Positions 36,702 through 50,550 of a stretch of 64,000 bases of DNA are shown in pieces. Positions within the stretch are counted from its first letter, which is position 1. Each line of letters opens with the position of its first letter. This DNA comes from Cetorhinus maximus (Eukaryota), in assembly GCF_964194155.1 (NCBI RefSeq), contig NC_135901.1, positions 16,740,001 to 16,804,000 on the forward strand. Direction: 5' to 3'. The notes under the pieces were generated by a model that was given only the letters and a program-made list of their open reading frames with translations, ran no database searches and was not told where the DNA came from. Both the position numbers and the translations under genes were made by a program.

Positions 36702-39700
36702 TCACAGAATCACAGAATTTTAACAGCACAAAAGGAGGCCATCCGGCCTACCGTGTCTGCACCAGCTCTGCAAATGAGCATCATGGCCTAGTGCCATTGC
36801 CCTGCCTTTTCCCTGTACCCTTACACATTGTTTTGATCCAAATAACCATCTAATGCCTTCTTGAATGCCTCACTTGAACCTGGCTCCACCGCACTTCCAG
36901 ACAGAGCATTCCAGACCCGAACCACTCGTTGTGTGAAAAAGATTTTTCTCCTGTCCCACTTGCTTCTTTTATAAATCACTTTAAATCTGTGCCCTCTCTT
37001 TCTTGATCTTTTTACGAGTGGGAACAGCTTCTCCCCATCTACCCTGTCCAGACCCTTCATGATTTTGAACATCTCTATCAAATCTTCTCTTAGCCTTCTT
37101 CTCTCCAAGGAGAACAGCCTTAACCTCTCCAATTTATCCCCGTTGCTGAAGTTTCTCATCCCTGGGATTATTCTTGTAAACTCCTTCTGCACTCTCTCCA
37201 ATATCTTCACATCCTTCCTATAATATGGTGCCCAGAACTGAACACAATATTCCAACTGAGGTCTGGTGAGTGTCTTATATAAATCCAGCATAACCTGCCT
37301 GCCCTTGTACTCTATGTCCCTATTAATAAAGCCCAGGGCACTATAAGCTTTACTAATTGCTCTCTCCACCTGTCCTGCCACCTTCAATGATCTATGCACA
37401 TATACACCCAGGTCTTTCTGCTCCTATATCCCCATGTTCTTCCTACCAAAATGCATCACCTCAAATTTCTCCGCATTGAACTTCATCTGCCATCTATCTG
37501 CCCACTCCACCAACTTGTCTGTCCTCTTGAAGTTCCACACCGTCCTCCTCGCAGTCCACAACACTCCCAACTTGCATATCGTCTGCAAACTTTGAAATTG
37601 TTCCCTGCACACCAAGGTCTAGATCGTTAATATATATCAGGAAAAGCAAGGGTCCCAATACCAGCCCCTGGGGAACCCCACTACAAACCTTCCTACAGCC
37701 TGAAAAATATCCATTGACCATTACTCTCTGCTTCCCAGTTTTCAACCAATTTTGTATCCACATTGCTACTGTCCCTTTTATTCCATGAGCAATAACTTTT
37801 CTCACAAGTCTGTTGTGTGACACTGTGTCAAATGCGTTTTGATAGTCCATATACACCACATCAACTGCATTACCCTCATTCACCTTTTCTGTTACCTCTT
37901 CGAGAAACTCCAGCAAGTTAGTTAAACTTTAGTAATCCATGTTGATTCTCCCTTATCAACACATATTTTCCTATGTGACTATTAATTCTATCCCGAATAA
38001 TTGTTTCTAGAATCTTGCCCACTACTGAAGTTAAACTGACTGGTCTGTAATTGCTGGGCTTATCCTTGGAACCTTTTTTTGAACAAGGGCATAATGTTTA
38101 CAATTTTTCAGTTCTCTAGCACCACCCCTGAGTTTAAGGAAGACTGAAAGACTATGGCCAGTGCCCATGAAATTTCTACTCTCACTTCTTTCAATATCCT
38201 TGGATGCATCTCATTTGGTCCCAGTACCTTGTCAAGTTTAAGTACCGATAGTCTATTCAACACTTCCTCCTTATCAACTTTGAACCCTTCAGAGTCTGTC
38301 ACCATGGCCTGGGTAGCATCTACCTCCTTGGTAAAGACGGATGCAAAGTATTCATTTAATACCTCAGCCATGACCCCTTTGTCCATGCGTAAATTCCCTT
38401 TTCAGTCCCCAATCAGCCATACTCCTCTTTTTACCAACCTTTTACTATTTATATGCCTGTAGAAGACTTTGGGATTCCCCTTTATGTTGGCTGCCAGTCT
38501 CTTCTCATAATCCCTCTTCGCTTCTCTCATGTGCTTTTTCACCTCCCCTCTGAACCTTTTGCATTCGACTTGGTTCTCAATTGTATTTTCTACCTGTCAC
38601 CTGTCATAAGTGCACTTTTTCTTTTTATCTTAATTTCAATCTCCTTTTTCATCCAGAGAGCTCTGGATTTGTCAGCCCCACCTTTCCCTTTAGATGGTAT
38701 ATAGATTCATGGACGTTTACAGCACAGAAGGAGGCCATTCAGCCCATCGTGTCTGAGCTGGTCAACAAAGATCTAACTACACTAATCCCATTTTCCAGCA
38801 CTTGACCCATAGCCCTGGAGGCTATGGCAACTCAGGTGAATATCTAAATACTTGACTGTGCCCGACCCAATTCATTTTTTAAAGGTAGCCCATTGTTCAG
38901 CTACAGTTTTTCCTGCCAATCTTTTGTTCCAGTCTACCTGGCCCAGCTCCATTCTTGCTCCATTGAAGTCGGCTCTTGTCCAGTTAATTATTCTTACTCT
39001 GGATTGCCTATCGTGCTTTTCTCATCATCATCCTAAAACATGCAATACAATAATCACTGTCTCCTAAATGTTCCCCCACTGACACTTGATCTACTTGGCC
39101 AACCTAATTTCCAAGAACCAGGTCCAACAGTGGATTAGACACATACTTCTGGAGAAAATTCTCCTGAACACAATTTAGGAACCTTTGTCCCTCTCCGCCC
39201 TTTACACTACCAGTGTCCCTATCTATATTCGGGTAATTAAAGTCCCCCATTATAACTACTCTATAATGCCTGCATTTCTCTGTAATTTCCATGAGATTTG
39301 TTCCTCTACATCCTTCCCACTAGTTGGCGGTCTATAGGCTACACCAAGCAATGTAATTGCACCCTTTTTGCTCCTTAACCTTAGCCAAATTGATTCTGTC
39401 CTTGAACCCCCTGGGACATCCTCTTTCTCCAGCACTGCAATGGTCTCCTTAACCAATACCACCACCCCTCATCCTTTCCTTCCTTTCCTGTCTCTTCTGA
39501 ACACCTTGTACTCGGGAATATTTAACACCCAGTTCTGCCCTTCCTTGAGCCAGGTCTGTTATTGCCACAACATCACATTTCCACATGGCAGTCTGCACCT
39601 GTAACTCCCCAATCTTATTTACTATTCTCTGTGCATTCACATGCATGCATAATAACCCTGATTTGGCTTTTGTTACTTTCTCCCTTGCCCCGACTTTACC

Positions 39701-40280
39701 TATTAACTTACTCTTTTCTAAACTAGTACTCTCTGTCCCTCCCAGTATTTTGTGCACCCTGGTATTCCTCTCTAATATTTTCTCTTGATTCCTACACTCC
39801 TGCTGAGCTAGTTTGAAGCCCTCCCAACAGCACTAGCAAAATGCCCTGCAAGGAGCTCAGTCCCGGCTCTGTTCAGGTGCAACCCATCTGGCTTCTACAG
39901 GTGCCAACTCTCCCAGAGCCTGTCCCAGGAATCTAAAGCCCTCCCTCCGGCACCACTTTTCCAGCCATGCATTCATCTGCCTTACCCTCCTACTTCTGTA
40001 ATCACTAGCACATGGCTCTGGGAGTAATCCGGAGGTTACTACAGCTGAGGCCCTGCTTGTTAATTTTCTACTTAGCTCCCTAAATTCTGATTGCAGGACT
40101 AAATCCCCCTTCCTCCCTAAGTCATTGGTACCAATGTGGACCACGACCTCTGGCTGATCACCCTCCCCCAAAAGAATGTCCTGCAGCCGCTCTGTGACAT
40201 CCTTGACCCTGGCACCAGGGAGGCAACATACCATCCTGGAGTCACTTCTACGGCCACACAAACACCTGCCTGTTTCCCTA
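36702..40280 (-). mobile_element. Long CR1 LINE with ORF1 esterase, endonuclease and RT relics
   Basis: CLPGARVKDV..VVHIGTND (SGNH-type ORF1), YRPP, IMGDFNYP, FADD; nested CR1 tail at ~38700-38850. Confidence 0.9.
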
Positions 40281-40679
40281 ACTTGCATCTTTCTCCAGTT
40301 TCTCTCCTATCTTCTATCTCACTCAGAGCTCATCTTGCCTCTGAGACGTGCCTTCTGCTTCCTTGACACTATTCTCACTAAACTGCTGACCATCCAACTT
40401 CCAAATTTTAGACGACATCCTTAACGGTTCTCTCTCTCTTTTGGTACTGTCCCTCTCACCTTTAAATCCACTGTTGTCTCCCATCATTAAAAAAACCTTC
40501 GACTCCACCGTCCTCGCCCTCTCTTTTTGCTGACTTTGCACTTGCTGGTAAACTGTGAGATCTTTAATTTTTTTCAAGTTTGGATAAAAGGTTACCGACA
40601 TGAAGCATTCACTCTGTTTCCTTCTCCATAGATGTTGTTTGACCTGCTGAGGTTGTCCAATAGTTTGTTTTGTGGTTGT

Positions 40680-40980
40680 GCGAACATACAAATTAGGAGC
40701 AGGAATAGGCCACTCGGCCCCTCGAGCCTGCTCTGCCATTCAATGAGATCATGGCTCATCTGATTGTAACCTCATTCCCGTCTACACCCGATAACCTTTC
40801 GCCCCCCCCCCTTGCTTATCAAGAACCTATCCAGCTCTGCCTTAAAAAGATTCGAAGACTCCCCACTGCCTTTTGAGGAAGAGAGTTGCAAAGACTCATG
40901 ACCCTCTGCGAGAAAAAAAACTCATCTCTGTCTTAAATGGGCCACCCCTTATTTTTAAACAGTGACCCCGTAGTTCTAGG
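40680..40980 (-). mobile_element. CR1 3' tail inserted in a Penelope-like pLTR relic (40580-41020)
   Basis: CR1 3'UTR flanked by the two halves of the pLTR sequence. Confidence 0.65.
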
Positions 40981-41130
40981 TCAGATTTCCACCTAGAGTA
41001 TTACAGTATTTTGTTTTTGGGTCAGAGTGGATCAGTTTTTTCTGGAATGAGACAACAGTAACTGTCACCCTGTTCGACATGAAACTAAACTCACTGTTAA
41101 TGCCTCATCAGTAACAATGTTAAACACAAA

Positions 41131-41201
41131 GTTTTCAGCCAGGATTGAACCGGGGACTTTCTCATATAAAGTAAACGTGATAATCACGGCACTGGGGAAA
41201 T
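41131..41201 (-). pseudogene. Degenerate tRNA-Val pseudogene
   Basis: Reverse complement ATTTCCCCAGTGCCGTGATTATCACGTTTACTTTATATGAGAAAGTCCCCGGTTCAATCCTGGCTGAAAAC aligns along its length to vertebrate tRNA-Val; stems are disrupted. Confidence 0.7.
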
Positions 41202-41289
41202 GAGTGTGAATCCCCCCCGGACAGAGGGGAACTGACCATCCATCTCTAGCTCTAATTCCCAAACAGAAAATGCCGCCAAGAATCAGCAA

Positions 41290-41690
41290 GTCCGGCTGAG
41301 TCTGTGGCCGCTCTCAGCGTTTGAAATCGTCACAATGCCCGGGTGATTGACGGCAGCTCCGGACCAATAGGGAAAGGGAGGGGGAACTGGAGGAACCTAC
41401 AGGAGTGGCTGGTCCTCCAACCAATCGAAATGAATGAGGGGCGGGGGCGGGCAGTGACTGAAGCATGCGCAGTGCGGGTAATGGCGATGGGCAGACGGGT
41501 CCACAATGGATAAAGGTGGGGGACGCCGGGGCGGAGGGAGCGATGGATCCGGCGAGTGGACGGAGAGGCTCCGGAAACATGTGTAAACCGCAAACCCCGG
41601 AAATAAACTGACCGGTTCTCCCTCCCCCGTTTGCACCGAGCGGGGCCGCAGCTCCCAGATCAATGAAGAACCGGTTTGTATCAGGCTGGA
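41290..41690 (+). promoter_or_regulatory. CpG-island promoter of gene 6
   Basis: Two CCAAT boxes, GC boxes, NRF1-type AGCATGCGCA at ~41462; homologous to 8400-8660. Confidence 0.7.
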
Positions 41691-41694
41691 CATT

Positions 41695-42178
41695 GGTTCT
41701 TTTATTCATTCACGGGATGTGGGCTTCACTGGCTGGGGCAGCATTTACTGCCCATCCCTAGTTGCCCTTGAGAAGGTGGTGGTGAGCTGCCTTCTTGAAC
41801 CGCTGCAGTCCATGTGGTGTAGGTACAGCCACAGTGATGTAAGGAAGGGATGTTGACCCAGTGACAGTGAAGGAACGGGATATATTTCCAAGTCAGGAAG
41901 GTGAGTGATTTGGAGGGGAACTTCCAGGTGGCGGTGTTCCCATCCAACTGCTGCCCTTGTCCTTCTAGATGGTAGTAGTCGTGGGTTTGGAAAATGCTAT
42001 CGAAGGAGCCTCGGTGGATTCCTGCAGTGCATCTTATAGATGGTACTCACTGCTGCTACTGTTCGTCGGTGGTGGAGGGAGTGAAGGTTTGTGGATGGGG
42101 TGCCAATCAAGAGGGCTGCTTTTTCCTGGATGGTGTCAAGCTTCTTGAGTTTTGTTGGAACTGCACTCATCCAGGCAT
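41695..42178 (-). mobile_element. Second LINE family 3' fragment
   Basis: AWMSAVPTKLKKLDTIQEKAA. Confidence 0.8.
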
Positions 42179-43215
42179 CCTTTGCTCCCTCGGCTTGACA
42201 CATTTATTTGTCTGGCTAAAAGGATGGCCTCTTTCCTCATGTTCACAATTAAAGTGGTGGATTCCCCAGGAGATGGCTGACATTTAAGGGGACAGTAAAG
42301 TAATATAGGACAGAGATATGCCTGGTGTTTTTATATGATATATATTAGATATGTTATTTATGATTCTGTCATAAAGTTAATTTATTATTATTTCTAGTCT
42401 TGTAACATAGCACTGTGCTATGTTATATATTTAGAGTCAGTCATTATGGCACAGAAGGAGTCCATTCAGTAATTCAAATCCAAGCTGATTCTCTGTAGAG
42501 TAACCCAGTCAGTCCTATTTCCCTTCTATATCCCCGTTCCCCTGCAAGTTTATTTCCTTCAAGTGCACACCCAGTTTCATTTTCATATCATTGACCATCT
42601 CCACTTCCACCACACAGTGAGTTCCATGTCCAGCAGCCTGCCTGAACATTTTCAGGTCTCTGTGTCCTGGACAGGAAGCGATGGGCATGGATCTGTTAGG
42701 TCAGCAGATTGAGATTGGATGGAGAATATGTGGGATCGAGATTGACAGTCTTTGGGGAATGAAAGAGGAAAGAATGTTCCATAGAAAGTAGACTTGTGTG
42801 TTCTGAATTTCTATCCTGTACTGACAGTGATGACTTTGAGAAACTAACTCCATTTACAGGATATTAGAAATGGAGGATGTAAAGACAGAAATCGCAAACC
42901 AAACATTACATCCAGACCTGACTTGATTTATGGGAGCTCAATATCATCAGTCTTTGAACTAGAAAGAGAAATGTTTGTTCTGTCTGCTTCAACAGATTTT
43001 AAAAGTCACTGTGTCTGGAAAATCACCAAGAAGCTCGCGTACACACACACGTGAGAGAGTTCCAATGCACTGACTTTGGAGAAAACTTTAACCAGATGCA
43101 CAGACTGAAGAAACATTGCACCATTCACAGCCGGGAGAGACCGAACACGTGTACTGTTTGTGGATGAGGCTTCAGTTAAACATCTTACCTCAAGGAATGC
43201 AAGGACACCCGAACC

Positions 43216-43974
43216 ATGGAGAAACCATGCAAATGTGGGGAATGTGGGAAGGGATTCCGGTCCCCATCTGCGCTGGAATCTCATCGCCGCATTCACACTG
43301 GGGAGAGGCCGTTCACCTGCTCTGATTGTGGAAAGGGATTCACTCAGTTATCCCACCTGCAGATACACCAGCGACTTCACACCGGGGAGAGGCCGTTCAC
43401 CTGCTCTGATTGTGGGAAGGGATTCACTAACTCTTCCAATCTGCGGACACACCAGCGAGTTCACACGGGGGAGAGACCGTTCACCTGCTCCAAATGTGGG
43501 AAAGGTTTCAGTGATTCATCCAGCCTGCTGATACACCAGCGAGTTCATACTGGGGACAAATTATTCAACTGCTCTGTATGTGGGAAGCAATTCAGCCGAT
43601 TATGCAACCTTCTGCGACACCAGCGAGCTCACACTGGGGAGAGGCCATTCACCTGCTCTGAGTGTGGGAAGGGATTTGCTGATCCATCCATCTTGCGGAA
43701 GCACCGGCGAGTTCACACTGGGGAGAGGCCATTCATCTGCTCCATGTGTGGGAAGGGTTTCACTCAGTTAACCAACCTGCTCACACACCAGCGAGTTCAC
43801 ACTGGGGAGAGGCCTTTCATCTGCTGTGAGTGTGGGAAGGGATTCAGTGATTCATCCACCCTACTGCGACACCAGGGTGTTCACACTGGGGAGAGGCCGT
43901 TCACCTGCTCCATGTGTGGGAAACGATTCACTCGGTCATCTCACCTGCTGAGACACCAGCGAGTTCACCAGTGA
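43216..43974 (+). CDS. C2H2 zinc-finger protein, 9 fingers, subfamily A (gene 6)
   Basis: 252-aa ORF; accATGG; acceptor tttacAG at 42858-42859. Confidence 0.9.
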   Translation: MEKPCKCGECGKGFRSPSALESHRRIHTGERPFTCSDCGKGFTQLSHLQIHQRLHTGERPFTCSDCGKGFTNSSNLRTHQRVHTGERPFTCSKCGKGFSDSSSLLIHQRVHTGDKLFNCSVCGKQFSRLCNLLRHQRAHTGERPFTCSECGKGFADPSILRKHRRVHTGERPFICSMCGKGFTQLTNLLTHQRVHTGERPFICCECGKGFSDSSTLLRHQGVHTGERPFTCSMCGKRFTRSSHLLRHQRVHQ

Positions 43975-44169
43975 TTACAGGGGTTGGATTCTGCTGTGAT
44001 TGCTGCTGTCAATCACATTCAAGACTGAACCATGTTCATTCTGACAGTTGGTGAAGTGGGAAGGTCAAAGGGTTTCTTTCTGCTGTACTGGCCAGTCTTA
44101 CAACTTTGTTTCCAGTGGTCTGGGAGTGCACATTTCCACTGAAATGTTCCACAGAAGCTGATGAAGGTC

Positions 44170-44410
44170 ATTTATTGCTGCAAAAAGAGACATGCTCTCG
44201 AAGTTTTCATATTGCACTTATCAGGACAAACACAAGAACACCAAATTTCAAAGGGAGCAACTATTTATACTGCGTGAGAAAAGGGTGCTGATTAGTTGGC
44301 AAGTCAGTTGCGATTGGTCAAGTTGTTGCCTTGGAGAATTCACCAGAAAGCTCGTGACCTCAGCATTTAGTTGGATTCAAAAATGTTGCAATGCCTGGAC
44401 ATGTCCATTT
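44170..44410 (-). mobile_element. Penelope-like pLTR
   Basis: Homologous to 30205-30411 and 51035-51400. Confidence 0.65.
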
Positions 44411-47039
44411 TGGCTTTAGAGTATCAGAGCTTTATGATGGTCCAATGTCACTTCCCTGCTTTTTTACTCAATGACCTGGATTTTCAGAGTCAGAAAGACT
44501 CACCTACCTTCAAAAATTGTGGGTGGGACCCGGATGCGGAAGTCCCACTCCCAGTTTTCACAGATCCAATTTTTGCCAGTAGGGGACAGGGGCAGTGCTT
44601 GATTCACACCCAAGTTGAACCTGAACTCAGCAGAGCCATCTGAACTCAGCACTGAGTTCAAACAGGCACCATTTTGCCTTCTGCAAGGGAGTTAACTCAT
44701 AGTGTGAAAGTCATGACTTTATGGAGTAGACTTAAAGACTCTTGTTGGGTGGATAGGGTCTGTTTAACTGTCATGATCGAAAGTCTTTTTTAAATCCCCT
44801 GCTCTCCTGACTTCGTCTGCAGCTGTCAGTGTAAGTGAAAAAAATAATTGGCTATACAATGTAGCATCAGTCCCAGCAGTTTCAGTAATTGCTGGCATTT
44901 CCCTAAGGGCTATTTATGAATGCTTGGCTGACTTCCAAAACCTACAGTCATCTCAGCAGCTGTTCTGAGTCCACACTTTGACAACTTAAAGAGACCATTA
45001 AGGGTTTAGCTGCCTTTGAAGTGGTATGGACAGAAGTATGTTGGTTTTTATATGAGATTAAACAAAAGTTTTGAATAAGGTTTCAAGAATGGGAGTTTTG
45101 TTTAATTTTAGATTTTTAGAACTTTATTTTATTTAATCTCAACCTGGCTCCTGGGGTCTGCCCATGGTGAATAATGTGAGTTGGGATGTAGGGTAAAAGG
45201 GGCTATGGGGAGTCCGTGCCATGGCAAGAGTTGGCATGAGCTGGCATGGAGTGTATAAGGGCCTTGGGGTCAGGAGGGGGCTTGCAATTGGCTCACTTGC
45301 AATTAGTGAGGAGGAATTGTGTTGGGTTGCTGCCCCTGGTGGGTGGGCAATTATTCCAAATAATCATGTCTATTAATTTATTTTTAAAACATTCTCTTGG
45401 CATGTGGGTGCCACTGGTGAGGACCAGAGATTCCAAAAGTTAACAATGCAACTGGGATCAAGCCCAGAGAATGGAGGCAGGCCTTTTAACCAGCTCACCT
45501 CAGTGCTCGGGCATCCTGTTAACCGCCTAAGCTCCGATTCCGGTGGCACAGCAACCAACTCCATCCATAACCGCCACCTCAAAGCACCACCCCCCCCCCC
45601 CCCCCCCCCCCTCCCCCTGCCCCCGAGTGAAGATCACAACATTTGGGAACCTTTAGACCGAGGCAGGTCCGGCAATTGGGAAATTTCCAGATCCACGCTA
45701 TCCACCTCGGTACCGAAGATCCAACCCAAGCTCTCTATTTCTGAAGCTCAAGATCCCCCATGCTTTGCTAATTCCTCTCTCACTGTGTCCTGCCACCTTC
45801 AAAGATCTCTGCACATGAACCCCCAGGTCCCTCTGTCCCTGCTCACTCTTTGGAACTGTGCCATTACGCCTGTGTTGCCTCTACCTGTCCCTTCTGCCAA
45901 ATTACATCACCTCAACTTTCCCTGTATTAAACTCCATCTGCCACTTCAGAGAATGTGAAGGGAAGATTGAAGTGTTAAACTAAACATACAGAGAATAGGA
46001 GGCACTGATTGCTTTAATATGTCACCCACAACTGAAGATCCTTTAAATGCACATGAGGCTTATAGAGCACAGTAGGAGGCAATTGGAGGCTCTTTGAAAG
46101 AGTTTTCCAATTAATCCCATTGCCCTGCAATTTTTTTTTTCTTTCAAGAATCTGTCCAGTTCCCTTTTGAACGATACAGTTGAATTTACTTCCAGTCAGT
46201 TTTGAGGCAGTGGATTCCAAATCGTAACAACTCGCTGTGTTTTTAAAACAAATAATTCCTCATCTTGCGTGTGGTGTATTTGGATTTTCAAAAAGCATTC
46301 GGAAAGGTGTCAACCAGGAGGTTCATACACAAAATGAGGTCTCAATCCTCATGAATGATCGAGATGAGGGACTGAGTGTAATGTATCCAAATTTGCTGAC
46401 AATTAAACAAGGATTTGCATTTCTATAGCGCCTTTCACAACCACAGGATGTTTCAAAGCGTTTTACAGCCACTTTTGAAATGTAGTCACTGGTGTAATGT
46501 AGGAAACTCAGCAGCCAATTTGCACACAGCAAGATCCCACAAACAGAAATGTGATAATGACCCAAATGATATGTTTGTGGTTATGTTGATTGAAGGATAA
46601 ATATTGGCCCAAGACACCAGGAATCAAGGCCCGGGAGAGTGGGGTTCAGACAGTACCAAACAGCAGGACCTGGGATGTTGTGGGTGGGGGAGGTGAGTAG
46701 GTGTGGGCCGGGCTCGTTGTTTCAAACAGTTTTGCATCGTCCTCACTGAGCAGCTAGAGCTACAGACCTGACAGACCAGCTTAAAAAACAGATCTGTCAG
46801 GCTGAGCGTTCTGATATTTTCTAAGTCAGTCTGTCAGTGTCAGGTCAATTTCACGAGTCGCTGCTGCTGCCTCTGACCTTCAGGCAGCTTTGCAATTCCA
46901 ATTTTTTTGAAAAACCCGCCAGGAAACAACAAAGCTGTCTGAAGGTGATAAGCAACAGCAGCAGAAACTGAGGGTTTTCCTGCTTGAGAAATAGTCAGTC
47001 AAATCCCTGTAATTTTACAACCAATTGGATGCTGTTGTA

Positions 47040-47470
47040 GGTAGGGGGTGGGGGGAAGGTGGGGGCGCGGGTTGGGGGCATGTTTAGAGGGGTTGGGGGA
47101 TGTGGGAGTGGGTTTGGGGGATGTGGGGGTAGGTTGGAGGGGTGGTTGGGGGTAGGTTTTGAGAGGGGTTGTGGGGAAGTTAGGGGGTTGGGGAAAGTTC
47201 AGAGGGTTGGGGGAACTTTGGATGGGCTGTTGGGGGTAAGTTTGGAGGGGAGGTTGGGGAGAATTTAGCGGGAGGTTGGGGGAATTTGGAGGGGGCTGGG
47301 GAAAGTTTGGAGGGGGTTGAGGGGTATGTCAAGGTTTGGAGGGAAGTCGGAGGGATTTGGGGAAGTTTGGAAGGGGTTGGGGGAAATTTGGAGGGAGGTC
47401 GGGGAAGTTTGGTGGAGTAGGGGGGATGGTTGGAGGGATGTTCAGGGGAGCTAGAAGGGTTTTGGGGATA
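47040..47470 (+). repeat. Degenerate G-rich low-complexity tandem repeat
   Basis: Recurrent ggggaagtttggagggggtt-like units. Confidence 0.8.
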
Positions 47471-48329
47471 GATTAGGTACAGATTTGAATTGTTTTTGTA
47501 AATGTAGTGATTCCTTTGTAGCCACTTTGCTAACATCACTTGATTGCTCGGTGATTAATTATCTTTAAATAATCAGCATTGGGCCTCCACTTTCACCATT
47601 GCTACTGTCACTCTGTCCACTGCATGCAGGTATAATGAAAGAAAGACAAAACCTACATTTATACAGCACCTTTCACAATGCCCCAAATCACTTTCCAGCC
47701 AATTCAGCACTTTTGAGTTGTAGCCATTGGTGAAATGTAGAGAATGTTATCTAATGGCAGAGCAGGCTCATGGGGGCGAATGACCTACTCCTGCTCCTAA
47801 TACATATGTGTGTATGGAGACAGGTGAGATGAACAGGACTCGATGGCCTTTGTCATCTATAATTATCGTGCGAACAGAGGGTGGAATCCTGGCTGGAGTT
47901 CTGTTTATTTTGTTGCTGGTGAAAGTTTACTGTGAGCAGGATTTGTGGGATGAGATCACCAGGACAGGAGTGCAGATTGAGCTCAGTGTGAATCAGTAAC
48001 CTGTTTTACTGCACATGATTCACAAGAGTCTTTTCCATATACTTCAATATTGTCCTTTTGTCCAGTTACCTGTTATCCCGCTTCATGTTGCTGTTTTTTT
48101 CTGAGTTTTTTGAGGTTAGAAATATCGTGATAAAGTTATGTTGCGTTGCAGATATTGAAAATATATTGTGGTGAGAAGCAGCAATCAGCAGAGTCTTCAG
48201 ACTTGCTGATGACCAAACAGATACAACTGTGAGCCATTCAGTCTTCATTCTCTGGCCCCTTAAAGGTTCTGTTGCACGGAGAAGCCTGAGAGCCTGGAAA
48301 CAGGAAAAGCACCAGGGCCCAGGATTTCT

Positions 48330-48592
48330 CTCCCAGTCCCTGCTGGAGATAACTCTCCTGCTCTTCTTCGAAATAGTGGCTGTGGGTTCTTCTACGCCCA
48401 CCTGAGAGGGCAGACAGGGCCTTGGTGTATTACTCGTCTGAAGGACAGCAGCTCTGACAGTGCAGCACTCTCTGTGCTGGCACCAGGAATGTCGATTTTG
48501 ATTTTTGTTCTTGGGCCCCTGGATTGGGACTGGAACCAACAACCTTCTGACTCAGAAGTAAGAGTGAGATCCACTGAGCCACTGCTGACACG
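48330..48592 (-). mobile_element. tRNA-derived Deu-domain-type SINE (SacSINE1-like), 5' part
   Basis: Head tggctcagtgg..ggttcca; core ccacctgagagggcagac. Confidence 0.7.
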
Positions 48593-49289
48593 ATAGACAA
48601 TACAAATTTAGAAAGGGAAAGTTACCCTTTAAAAGCCCCCACCCTTTGCCTCCAGCACCTAAATCTAATAATAAAAACCCTAGTATAAAAAACACATACA
48701 GGACTGACAAATGTTAGTGTTGGTTTAGAGCCAAAGTTTCGAGTTCCCATTTGAGTTCCTACGCCTTTCTGTCTCTCTATTGCGCATGTGAATGACAGCC
48801 AGGCGGTGGAGCTGAAGGCTCAATGTAGCTGAGAATAACAGGGCTTGTGGCCCAGTTGGGAAACTGCCACTGACGCCGCACTAATAGAGAGAGACAGCAA
48901 GGTGCTGGAGGACTGACTGGGAAATGGGTCTCCAGCCAATCAGGGAGGGAGAGATGGTGATGTGACCTCCCCGGGGTTCAGTGCTCCTGTGTCCAAAGTG
49001 GGGAGTCATGAGGACAGGGTACAGAGGAGCCAAAAAGAAACTATTTGGATCGAGAACATTGTGCACATCCTTTTACTCTGGTTGTCTTTAATCCTCAAGT
49101 AATTTTCTGTTTTTTTTAAACCATGTTCTGTGACATTAATAAATTTTATCAGTAAAAATATTTGATTTTGCTGGACTTTTGATTAGATTTATGCTCTTTA
49201 GGGAAAGTGGGTGAAAGGAAGTGGCAGGCTGTTTAACAGAAAGTGAATCCCTCTAAGGTAATTGGCAAAGGATCCAGAAGGTGAGATGA

Positions 49290-49590
49290 TGGTGGGGGAG
49301 TCCAGAACCAGGGGTCACAGTCTGAGGATATGGGGTAGACCATTTAGGACTGAGATGAGGAGAAATTTCTTCATCCAAAGAGTGGTGAGCCTGTGGAATT
49401 CGTTACCACAGAAAGTAGTTGAGACCAAAGCATTGTATGTTTTCAAGGAGTTAGATACAGCTCTTGGGGTGAAAGGGATCAAAGGTTATGGGGAGAAAGT
49501 GGGAGCAGGCTATTGAGTTGGATGATCAGCTATGATCATAATGAATGGCGGAGCCGAATGGCCTACTCCTGTTCCTAGTTTCTATGTAAA
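49290..49590 (+). mobile_element. CR1 3' fragment
   Basis: RTRGHSLRI..RRNFFIQRVVSLWNSLP. Confidence 0.85.
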
Positions 49591-50049
49591 TTTTAGTTTT
49601 TTCACACAGCGAGTTGTTCTGATCTGCCTGAAAGCAGATTCAATTATTTATTTCCAAGGTGTAAATATTTGAAAGGGAAGAATTTGCAGGGCTGTAGGGA
49701 AAGAGGAGAGCAGTTGGATGAATCAGAAATTCCTTTCAAAGAGATGGCACGGGCATGATGGGCCAAATGGATTCCTTCTGCAGCCTGTGAATCTGAGCTT
49801 CCTGTCTTTGTGCAGGTTAAAAGGTCAGATTTCATTTCAGCCTCATCCTGGTATATATATTTAAAGAGACAAGTTTCTCTTTAGTTCTGAGGGACCGACA
49901 TAACAATGTCTCCAATCCTCTGTATATTTAAACATTGAAGATTGCATGGCCAATTGTAGTCAACAGCCTTCCTGTAGCTCTCTCAGGAGGCAGCAAGAAA
50001 GCATTTGACTGCTTAACAACAGCAACCTCCGCTGAACATGATTAAACCA

Positions 50050-50550
50050 CAACAACAAAAACAACCTGCATTTGTATAGCACCTTTAATCATGTGCTTCA
50101 CAGGTGCCATTACTAAACAAAATTTTACACCGAGCCACATAAAGAGATGACCAGTAGCTTGGTTTTAAGGAGTTTCCTAAAGAAGCACAAGAGATCAAGG
50201 GGCAGAGAGGTTTAAGGAGGGAATTCCAGAGCGTGGGACCCAGGCAGCTGAAGGCAAAGCCCCCAGTTGTTGTGCAATTGAAATTGGGGATATTGAAGAG
50301 GCCAGAATTAGTGGAGCACAGATATCTCAGAGGGTTTTAAGGATGGAGAAGATTACAGAGATGGGGAGAGGGGGATGTGAGACCACGTGGTGATTTGAAA
50401 AAAAGGATGCTAGGGAGGGATTTGAAAAAAAAGAGAATTTTAAAATCGAGGCGTTGCTTGAGTGGGAGCCAGTGTTGGTCAGTGAGCACAGCGGGTGATA
50501 GGTGAACGGGACTGAGTGTGAGTTGGGAGACAGGCAGCAGAGTTTGTTGA
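50050..50550 (-). mobile_element. L2 LINE 3' end
   Basis: caacaacaa..tgcatttgtatagcacctt tail; HWLPLKQRLDFKIL. Confidence 0.75.

Noticed and set aside
39857-40288. Host SGNH esterase gene
   Set aside because: It is CR1 ORF1, collinear with the endonuclease and RT relics
44470-45725. Possible MITE with ctggatttt / gatccaaccc ends
   Set aside because: The terminal match is too short and degenerate to support by eye
47059-47539. Pro- and Gly-rich ORFs
   Set aside because: Translations of the G-rich low-complexity tract
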